From the IMG/VR virus record IMGVR_UViG_2537561980_000012: a DNA stretch of 44,575 bases; one strand, written 5' to 3'. A program made the translations under genes and the position numbers. The notes beneath the pieces were generated by a model. It worked only from the letters and a program-made list of their open reading frames with translations. It was not told the DNA's origin and did no database searches. Below are positions 35,824 through 44,575 of this stretch, in pieces. Source of the stretch: a virus. Taxonomy: Duplodnaviria; Heunggongvirae; Uroviricota; Caudoviricetes. Positions within the stretch are counted from its first letter, which is position 1; the number at the start of each line of letters is the position of its first letter.

Positions 35824-38800
35824 TCAGAACGACCAGTTCACACCAGCTACCCCGTTCCACGGGGATTCCACACCGGCACCATGGCTATACCCCACCCCAA
35901 GATGCCCGCTTAACGTACTGCTGAATGAGGCTTTAATACCTGCCTGGTATATTCCACGTCTGCCCGACAAATCATTGACGAAATTACCGTCACTATTCAC
36001 TTTCACCCGGTTATCATCGACAAATTCTTTGCGCACAGCCGCCTTCAGCCACGGCTCAACTTCCATACCGTTCCCCAGACGCATGTTGTAACTCAGCGTT
36101 GCACCCAGTTCACGATATAAACTGCGGGTATCGACTGATTTCGATTCCATGCCATTGGATAAATGATATTCAGGGTTATCAGCGGTGAACCCCCGTTAAC
36201 GATGCATACGGCGTCAGGTTCCAGTTACCATCGGTAAATCGCATCCCGGTTTCAATGTGACCGCCCAGCCCGTAGCTGCGATAACTGCCGTTGGCGGCTC
36301 CACCGCTGCCAACCGTGGAGTCGCGAGCTTCGGTACCTGCTAATACCAATAAATTACCGCCATTTTCCAGCAACATATTGGTCGCTAAATTGCCGGAAAT
36401 GGAAAAAGTGCCGTACTGGTGAGTACCGCTGATTTCAATACCGTTAGCCGTGCTCGTCTGGAGAGCGGCACCGCTGTTCTGGACGATATCTGTCGCTTTG
36501 CCATTATCGTTAACTGTCAGCGTACCGCCTTCATTGATCTTTGTTTTTATTGCCTCTCCGTTAGCTGAAACTGTTTGTATTCCGCCGTCGTTAATCGTTG
36601 TCTCATTCGCCACCCCCTCGACGATTTGTTCGCCGCCGGTGAGCGTCGTGCCTGTCGCAGTGGCTTTTGTTTTGACGATCTCCCGTCCGCCCGTATTGAC
36701 CTGTGTTTTGTCAGAAGAGGTGTCTGACTCCACGGTTAACACGCCGCCATTTGCCAGCAGGATATTGTTCGCCGCACCCTGCTCGATGCTGAACGCGACG
36801 CCATCCGCGCGTGTTCCTGTGACCCGCGTCGCCCTGGTGGTTGCAACCAAAGCGCCCTGGCTACTCTGCTGTATCCCCGTTGCGCTGCCTTTCTCCCGCA
36901 CATCGAGTGTGCCGCCGTCATTAAGCACCGAGTTTTCAGCCAGACCGCCCTCATTAACTACCTGTGAACACCCATTAATAATGGAACCTTCCGCTATCCC
37001 GTTTGCCATAATTTGTTGTAGGCCAGAGACGATATCGGTATTGATCGCCTTACCATAATTCTGAACGGTTTGTGTGCCGCCATTGATGTGCGTTTTGTCA
37101 GTTGACCCACCATCAACAATTTGTTCACCACTTTCAATATTTGCCTCAGTGGCTAAACCATATACCGTTTGCTTGCCACCTTTGATATTTGCTTTATCAG
37201 AAGTGGCACTGGCATATATTGTTTGGGTGCCAGCACTATTAAGTACAGTGCCAACATCTTTTCCATAAACATCCATTTTGCCGTTGGCATTAATAATCGT
37301 ATCAACTGCCCGGGAACCAGTGACGACTGTTAATGAGCCAGCGTTTTCCAGCACTACATTTTTAGCTTCTGAATTCCTGATGTAGAAAGCATCACCATAA
37401 CTGTTGGTTCCTTCGATAAGGGTTCCGGAAGTTGTGGAAGCAATTAATGCGCCGCCGGATTGTTGCTCAACATGCTTAGCCTCACCACCGTCCTGAACCT
37501 CCAGAACGCCACCATTATTAAGTCTGGTGGTATCTGTTTTAGCCTCCTTCTGGACAATCAGCTTACCGCCAGCATCAACGGTAGTATTTTTCGCCGAGGT
37601 TTTAGCCACTACCGTCAGTTCGCCGGTATTTTCCAGCACAACATAATTAGCCTCCCCTCCGGTAATAGTGAAGTGAGAGAGCTTGTTGTATCCTTCAATA
37701 TCAGTCCCTGCGCCCGTGTTGGCAACTAAAGCACTGCCCGTCTCCTGGTTAACCCCATGTGCAATACCGCCGGTATAGACAATCAGCGAGCCTCCGGCGC
37801 TAATATTGCTGCCAATTGCCGTACCATCTTTCTCAACAACTTGCTGGCTCCCGGAGGATATAATTGTTGTGTCAGCTTTCCCACCGCTTTTGATATTTTG
37901 CGTTCCGCTGTTGATATTGGTGCCTGTGGCTATGCCATAATTATTAAGATTCTGTGTGCCACCATTAATTATGGTATTTGTCGCGTTTCCTGCAACATCC
38001 ATAACCCCGCCATTATCTATTCGGGTCGCATCAGCTTTAGCATTCGTTAAAACTGACATTGTTCCTTTATCTTTAATAATCGTCTTGTTTGCGGAATGAG
38101 ATACTTCTAAATGGCCTCCATTTTCCAGCAACACATTGTCTTCCACTTTATTGTGGATGGAGAATGCACCTTCACTATTCGTACCGCTCACCGTCGTACC
38201 GTTAGTGTTTGTTTTTAAAATTGCACCATCGTGCTGGGTAACATTTGTTGCCGTACCACCACTAACATCAAGCACGCCACCGGAATAAACTTCAATAACA
38301 TCCGAGGTGCTGGTGTTATTAACAATTTGCGTGCCACCAGAATAGATCTGCGTAATTTTTGCCGTTGACTTACTATTCAGAGACTGAGTTCCGCCTTCAA
38401 TCGTCGTGTCCAGCGCACGGCTCTCATATACTCTTTGCTCACCGCCATTTTTAATGGTTGTTGTTTCTACTGTGCTCTGTTCAACATACTGTCGACCACC
38501 ATTTATGGTTGTGTTCGTTGCCAGACTTCCTTGTACTACGTCCTGAGAGCCAGACTTATTTATCGTTGTACCATCAGCATGCCCTTGAACTTTTACTATC
38601 TGGCTACCACCATCAATGAGTATTCCATTCGCACTCCCTCCCTCTACGCGTGAAGCACCGCCCTTAATTGTCGTTCCATTGCTGATACCCCCTTTATAAA
38701 CGTCCTGATTGCCACTCTCGATTGTCGTACCTGTGGAAATACCCCCGTCATGAATTGACTGTCTGCCACCGTTAATGGTTGTATTATTAGCCTGCCCCAC

Positions 38801-39088
38801 AAAATTGTTATGACTTCCTATATCTTGATATCCACCAGATTCAATAAGACTTCCATTAGATACCCCGCCATGAACATTCTGCTGGCCATGGTTGATAATA
38901 TGAGTGTTATTTGTTGTACCTCGTTCATCCACTTTTTGGTTGCCATCTACAGTCTCATCGTTTACCACACCAATAACATCAGGAGTGAAGGCCGCCATAC
39001 CGGGCGGGGCATATATCAAGGCAGATATCAATAAGGAAAGTACTGAGCGGCGACAATAATGGGGACTGGTCCTGTTCATAAATTTCAT
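35824..39088 (-). CDS. Autotransporter adhesin (repeat-rich passenger plus C-terminal beta-barrel), frameshifted at a C5/G5 run (plus 36190-36194)
   Basis: Extended signal peptide ('MKFMNRTSPHYCRRSVLSLLISALIYA'), Gly/Thr/Asn-rich passenger repeats, barrel ending in terminal 'NWSF'; removing one G joins the 1009-aa ORF to the 108-aa C-terminal ORF. Resembles the ypjA neighbourhood of E. coli K-12. Confidence 0.85.
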
Positions 39089-39417
39089 CCTCTGAAAAGT
39101 GAATACTGAGTAGCGTTTAAGCGACCTTAGCTCTGCTGCAACATCAGCCCACAGGCACCAGACCAGGGGATTCATCCTGAAGAGACAGCGCAAGTGTATT
39201 GTGTTCACCGCTCATCAAAGACATCATGATGAAATGATGATATTCCACATAAGAAAGAAGCATTTTTTAAACGCAGTGCGCTGAAGTATGGTTGGATAAA
39301 AAAGTCAATCTATTCAGGGAATACGGGGGTATTCTTTTCTTTCGACAATCAGGTCGTCGGCAAAATAAAATGATTTACATAATCGTTTCTGATGAATATC
39401 TTCTGCTCACATAAAAA

Positions 39418-39657
39418 TCACACAATAACTTTGAGATCGCAGATTCTTTTACTTTTACAGCATTCGTCCCCCCATTGTTGGGCAAATATAGATTGGGCCA
39501 GAGCACGAAAGTTAATACCACGTTTGCACAGCTCCTCCAACAGCACGACAAGATGCCACATACTGCGCCCCAGTCGGTTCGGTTTACAGACTACCCGTGC
39601 GTCCACCGCCGATAATGTCCTGAGCAGTTTTTTCAGTCCGGACCTCCTGCCACGGTT
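39418..39657 (-). pseudogene. Serine DNA invertase (Pin/Hin family) fragment
   Basis: 'GLKKLLRTL...RVVCKPNRLGRSMWHLVVLLEELCKRGINFRALAQSI' matches Pin 'GLKRALKRL...[37 protein letters not shown]'; no intact N-terminal catalytic region or C-terminal HTH. Confidence 0.75.
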
Positions 39658-39991
39658 TTACGTTGAAGAGGTAACCCTGAGCACGCAGTTCATCAGTCAG
39701 GCGTGGTGTACCGTAACCCTATTATTGATGGGTAAGATCAAAAAAACTTTCAGGCAGCTAAGGAAAGTTGAACCAGACATTAGAATAAATATTTCAACCA
39801 ATTACAGCACCAATTCAGACACCGCCAGCTCAACAAATAAATCAAGGGGTTACGTGAAAGCGTAGCCCCTTTTTCTTTGGTAGTGGCAGCAAAATGGTTG
39901 TAGTGTAAAAAATAATCCCGTTTAATCAATCAATAATACATATTGTTTCAATCTACGTTATTATCTCTTTGTAAAAATAGCCATTTATTAA

Positions 39992-41365
39992 TCATTGAAA
40001 ACTGCTTTTAGAACTTGATACAACGGGACTAGTCACAACAGGACTATTCTCAACGGGATCATCCTCAGAGGAACTATCATCAAAGTCATCATCCATAAAT
40101 AAAATATCATCGAATGGTGCCACGCCCGTGATGAGTTTTATTTTATTATTACGATCAGTCAAGACTCCACTTAAACCGTTTTCGCTCACAGGTTTTAATG
40201 ATTTTTCATTACTCTTGTTGTAAGCAGGCGCATTAAAAATACACGGAGTATCAAGATCAAACAATGACGTTCCCCAGTTCACATATTGAATATCATAGTT
40301 ACTGAAGTTCTGTCCAGAAAAGAAGCATCCCTTAAAATCCAATCCACCTAAATTATATAAACCATCCTCTTCTTTTTGGAGAGTAATGTTAATTTTGGCT
40401 ATCTCCCGGACATCATCGCCATTTTTATATTTGAATACCGTTTCAAGATTTTCCCCACACAGTTTGACTTCTGGAAATAATTTGAAATCAAAGCCTATAT
40501 TATTATGTATCAACGTAGATGAACAAAAGATGGAGAAAGCTTGCAGTGCTGAATTATAGCTTTCGATTTTATCCTGAGGCTGCGCTCTTGGTAAAAACTC
40601 ATAGCAACATTCATAAAAATTAAGTAGAAACTCTGAAGACCTTCCATTTTTATCAAATAATATCCCCTTGAACTCATTCACAAACGCATCTTTTTTTTCT
40701 TGAATATCTATGGGGTGTTCCTTTGACTCTGACAAAGATGAAATCTCATCTATTTTGTTTTCATATGAATTACGTGATTCCATACAGACATTTGGCGGCG
40801 TTTCTAAAATAACACTACGCGTACTACTTGGCTTAAGTAAACCAACATGAAAATCACTTTTTCTTATATTATCGAAAAGGTTCTGTTCATTTCTTTTAGC
40901 GCATTCAAAAAACTGATCGGCATTATTTTTATTCGATAATTTTTTAGTTTCAGAAAACACATTTTCATTGTTTTCCAGCTTTAGTTTAATGAGAAGATTT
41001 TCCCAGGCCTGCTTGCTTAAACATATTACGTCAGGCTCACCAGAACTAACTAACTCGTGATTATTATTAAAGTGTACGTTGAATACCTTTAAGTTATTTT
41101 CACCAACTTCATATTTAATACGTTTTAATTGTTCTCCAGCTCCCATAATGACAAAGGCGTTGCCTTCTTGATATATACATTCAGACATCATTTTTTGTAA
41201 AGTTTCAAGAGCACCGCGATACGTCTCTGATGCAGCTTCCTTACAAATTAATTTTAAAATACTATGAGCTAGTAGCTCCATGTGTTTAGAAGATTTATTT
41301 TCATTATAACTTCCACTACCCAAAACTGCGCTAGCGTTAAATCCGTTGCTTTTACTAACTAACAT
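39992..41365 (-). CDS. Hypothetical AT-rich protein (457 aa) with acidic C-terminal tail
   Basis: Long ORF, low GC, Asn/Lys-rich; no catalytic motif recognised. Confidence 0.6.
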   Translation of the reverse strand: MLVSKSNGFNASAVLGSGSYNENKSSKHMELLAHSILKLICKEAASETYRGALETLQKMMSECIYQEGNAFVIMGAGEQLKRIKYEVGENNLKVFNVHFNNNHELVSSGEPDVICLSKQAWENLLIKLKLENNENVFSETKKLSNKNNADQFFECAKRNEQNLFDNIRKSDFHVGLLKPSSTRSVILETPPNVCMESRNSYENKIDEISSLSESKEHPIDIQEKKDAFVNEFKGILFDKNGRSSEFLLNFYECCYEFLPRAQPQDKIESYNSALQAFSIFCSSTLIHNNIGFDFKLFPEVKLCGENLETVFKYKNGDDVREIAKINITLQKEEDGLYNLGGLDFKGCFFSGQNFSNYDIQYVNWGTSLFDLDTPCIFNAPAYNKSNEKSLKPVSENGLSGVLTDRNNKIKLITGVAPFDDILFMDDDFDDSSSEDDPVENSPVVTSPVVSSSKSSFQ

Positions 41366-42116
41366 TGTCTATTCCTCAATTAATGTCTACATGGCTATTT
41401 TTAATTTTATTATTGTTTGTCACTATAAAAAATCGCTCATTTGAGACAATTGCTGGCATTAACAGCTTCATATGCTATACATGGTACTTTTAATTAAATT
41501 AGCACAAGAATGTTAAATTTAATAAACAAAAAGTTATTTCGCTGTATGATAAAAACCACCCGTTATAATTTATTAGTGAAATTCGTTTTTCGAGTGTTAG
41601 AAATTTATATCTCAATAGCGTTGGTTAATGAGCATAGCCACGCTCCTGTAACGCTCACAAAACTCATCTGCCTGCGGCGGGTGTTCTGGTCAGTAGTAGA
41701 TGTTTAAGGCGTGGCAGAGACATTTCATCCTTACTCTACGGCATTGTTCTACATACATTGGTTGTGGTACTCACTCATCATCAGTGAGCGAACAGAGAAT
41801 AGTTCAGTGATTTGAGTAATTAACCTGATTAAATTAAGGGGTATAATAAATGATAATACTCTGGCTTTATCGTTAATTACTTAATTCCACATGTAAGCAA
41901 TTTGCCCGCTTGGCATAGCGGGCATTTTTTCCAGGTACTTTTGAATGAGTACTGATGGATAAATACATTGCAGTGGCGTGCCACGTACCAAAACACCAGC
42001 CCTCATTCGAAACAACCCACCGCACTTCTTCCTTGAAATGGCGTTAGTCATGAAATATAGACCGCCATCGAGTACCCCTTGTACCCTTAACTCTTCCTGA
42101 TACGTAAATAATGATT

Positions 42117-42192
42117 TGGTGGCCCTTGCTGGACTTGAACCAGCGACCAAGCGATTATGAGTCGCCTGCTCTAACCACTGAGCTAAAGGGCC
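42117..42192 (-). tRNA. ileY: tRNA-Ile2 (anticodon CAU, ileX/ileY type)
   Basis: Minus strand reads 'GGCCCTTTAGCTCAGTGGTTAGAGCAGGCGACTCATAATCGCTTGGTCGCTGGTTCAAGTCCAGCAAGGGCCACCA'; cloverleaf with CAT anticodon and encoded CCA. Confidence 0.9.
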
Positions 42193-42751
42193 TTGAGTGT
42201 GCAATAACAATACTTATAAACCACGCAATAAACATGATGATCATATGATGTAAATAACAGATTTTTATGCGTTCTCATTCATCCTTGCTCGTCATTACAC
42301 GCGACATAAAACCCGACACCGCTTCCATTCGCAAAGTCGATACTCGCAGTCAACAAGCAAATGTTAATAATTAGCACTATCTATAGTTATCATCGATTCA
42401 ATGATACTTTGTAATGATTTTGTATCTAATAATATAAGTTTATTACATTAACTGAAGAGTTTTCGCATCATTATGATATCTGTTACTTTTCACTCCATAA
42501 AAATAAACTTCGTATAGCAATATATTCTTTCATAGATCTTATTCTGCTAATCATTAGTTTCGTATGAGCGATTTTTGACAGTTGCCTCTCCAGACCACAT
42601 CGATAATTAATAAAACAGATTTAAGCATTATCCTTTTCCATATAAATATTGGATAAAAGTAGGACATCTGTTTGCAATTACTTTCACAACAATTAAACAT
42701 TTTTATGTTTCCGTATACATCATATTACTCTACCATTAGAGGAACTTTATT

Positions 42752-44575
42752 ATGTTTTCTATAAAACCAGGACCCAGAAATTTACCTATCGACAACCCCA
42801 CATTGTTATCATGGAACATTACTGACGGGGATCTAAATTCCAAATTAAATACATTAGAATATCTAAACTGTATAACAAATATTATTAATTCTTGTGGAGT
42901 TTACCCTCAAGGATTAAAAGACAGAGAAATTATATCAACTTTTCACGCAGAAAAAGTTATTAATGATCTGTTAAAAAACGATTATAAAATTTCCCTTTCT
43001 CCAGATACAACTTATCGAGAGTTGAATAAAGCAGCACAGCGTAGCATTACAGCGCCAGACAGGATAGGAGAAGGAAAATCATGGGTTTATCAAAGAGATA
43101 CAATGATTGAAAGAGGTGATAACAGCGGTGTTCATCAGTATGGTCCTGCTGAACATTTCACCCACATTATATCTGACAAACCGTCCCCAAAAGATGAGTA
43201 TATTGCATATGCTATTAACATTCCTGACTATGAGCTGGCAGCCGATGTATATAATATTAACGTGACGTCACCTTCCGAACAGCAAGAAACATTTAAAATA
43301 CTAATCAATCCAGAACATCTACGGCAAACACTTGAGCGTAAATCTCTTACTGCTGTTCAGAAATCACAATGTGAAATCATAACCCCCAAAAAACCTGGCG
43401 AAGCGATTCTTCATGCTTTTAATGCCACCTACCAGCAAATCAGGGAAAATATGTCTGAGTTTGCACGTTGCCATTATGGGTATATACAAATCCCTCCAGT
43501 GACAACTTTCCGCGCCGACGGACCAGAAACTCCCGAAGAAGAAAAGGGTTACTGGTTTCATGCTTATCAACCCGAAGATCTTTGTACCATCCATAATCCA
43601 ATGGGAGATTTGCAGGATTTTATTGCATTGGTTAAAGATGCTAAAAAATTTGGTATCGATATCATTCCTGATTATACCTTTAACTTTATGGGAATTGGGG
43701 GTAGTGGTAAAAATGACCTGGATTATCCCTCTGCTGATATACGAGCGAAGATCAGTAAAGATATAGAAGGTGGTATCCCTGGCTATTGGCAAGGTCAGGT
43801 TTTGATTCCATTCATTAAAGATCCAGTAACAAAAGAACGTAAACAAATCCATCCAGAAGATATACATCTCACTGCAAAAGACTTCGAAGCAAGTAAAGAT
43901 AACATCTCTAAGGATGAATGGGAAAACCTCCATGCATTAAAAGAAAAGCGTTTAAATGGAATGCCTAAAACAACACCCAAAAGTGACCAGGTTATTATGT
44001 TGCAAAATCAATACGTTCGTGAAATGCGAAAATATGGCGTACGAGGTTTACGTTATGATGCGGCAAAACACTCAAAACATGAACAAATAGAAAGATCAAT
44101 AACCCCACCGCTTAAAAATTATAATGAGCGGTTACACAATACTAACTTATTTAACCCAAAATATCATAAAAAAGCCGTTATGAATTACATGGAATATCTG
44201 GTAACTTGTCAGTTGGATGAACAACAAATGTCATCACTGCTTTATGAAAGAGATGATTTAAGCGCCATTGATTTTTCATTGCTCATGAAAACGATAAAAG
44301 CCTTTTCATTTGGTGGAGATCTTCAAACCCTTGCATCAAAACCGGGTTCCACAATCTCAAGTATCCCATCAGAAAGACGGATATTGATTAACATTAACCA
44401 CGATTTTCCTAACAATGGTAATCTTTTCAATGACTTTCTATTTAACCATCAACAAGATGAACAATTAGCAATGGCATATATAGCCGCTCTGCCGTTCAGC
44501 AGGCCTTTAGTTTACTGGGATGGCCAAGTACTGAGAGATCCCCTCATAATTTCCCCAAAGCGTAACCATGTGTGA
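42752..44575 (+). CDS. Alpha-amylase-like (GH13 family) protein, 607 aa
   Basis: 'GVRGLRYDAAKH' resembles GH13 region II 'GFRLDAAKH'; 'GIDIIPDYTFNFMG' resembles region I; low GC; context matches the ygaQ region next to ileY in E. coli K-12. Confidence 0.6.
   Translation: MFSIKPGPRNLPIDNPTLLSWNITDGDLNSKLNTLEYLNCITNIINSCGVYPQGLKDREIISTFHAEKVINDLLKNDYKISLSPDTTYRELNKAAQRSITAPDRIGEGKSWVYQRDTMIERGDNSGVHQYGPAEHFTHIISDKPSPKDEYIAYAINIPDYELAADVYNINVTSPSEQQETFKILINPEHLRQTLERKSLTAVQKSQCEIITPKKPGEAILHAFNATYQQIRENMSEFARCHYGYIQIPPVTTFRADGPETPEEEKGYWFHAYQPEDLCTIHNPMGDLQDFIALVKDAKKFGIDIIPDYTFNFMGIGGSGKNDLDYPSADIRAKISKDIEGGIPGYWQGQVLIPFIKDPVTKERKQIHPEDIHLTAKDFEASKDNISKDEWENLHALKEKRLNGMPKTTPKSDQVIMLQNQYVREMRKYGVRGLRYDAAKHSKHEQIERSITPPLKNYNERLHNTNLFNPKYHKKAVMNYMEYLVTCQLDEQQMSSLLYERDDLSAIDFSLLMKTIKAFSFGGDLQTLASKPGSTISSIPSERRILININHDFPNNGNLFNDFLFNHQQDEQLAMAYIAALPFSRPLVYWDGQVLRDPLIISPKRNHV

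Noticed and set aside
35585-36091. ORFs of 91 and 95 aa around the ssrA fragment and the autotransporter C-terminus
   Set aside because: One overlaps the tmRNA 3'-end remnant; the other is antisense to the autotransporter barrel.
36450-38050. Plus-strand ORFs inside the autotransporter passenger region
   Set aside because: Antisense to the repeat-rich adhesin gene; spurious.
39392-39865. 157-aa plus-strand ORF
   Set aside because: Overlaps the pin invertase fragment on the opposite strand; low-complexity translation with no start context.
41881-42210. 109-aa minus-strand ORF
   Set aside because: Overlaps the tRNA-Ile(CAU) gene in the same orientation; the ORF is the tRNA and its flanks read as protein.

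Overview
The window is dominated by a P2/186-family temperate myovirus prophage (about 2.5-33.3 kb) lying in reverse orientation in an Escherichia-type chromosome. The gene order is ogr, D, U, T, E/E', FII, FI, G, H, I, J, W, V, S, R, lysC/lysB/lysA, K, Y, X, L, M, N, O on the minus strand, then P and Q on the plus strand, a cos-like site, a LexA-controlled DinI/Tum-like module, the replication gene A operon with dam, early genes, cII, an apl-like gene, 186-type cI and int. Three low-GC cargo regions sit on this backbone: (1) a compact retron-like reverse transcriptase at the left edge, separated from ogr by a complete IS186 with a 10-bp target duplication; (2) a tightly coupled three-gene operon of unknown function between portal gene Q and cos, which I consider the best candidate for an undescribed phage-borne system; (3) a 580-aa P-loop kinase plus cytidine/dCMP-deaminase fusion protein (AvcD/dCTP-deaminase defence type) between int and a 38-nt copy of the ssrA 3' end. 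Right of that lies chromosomal-island DNA: an autotransporter adhesin, a pin invertase fragment, an AT-rich 457-aa protein, tRNA-Ile(CAU) and a GH13-like protein. Several genes (FI, A, IS186 transposase, an early gene, the autotransporter, possibly apl and the deaminase start) are broken exactly at homopolymer runs, which looks like sequencing error rather than real decay. All calls are from reading the sequence and recalled family knowledge; no database search was run.
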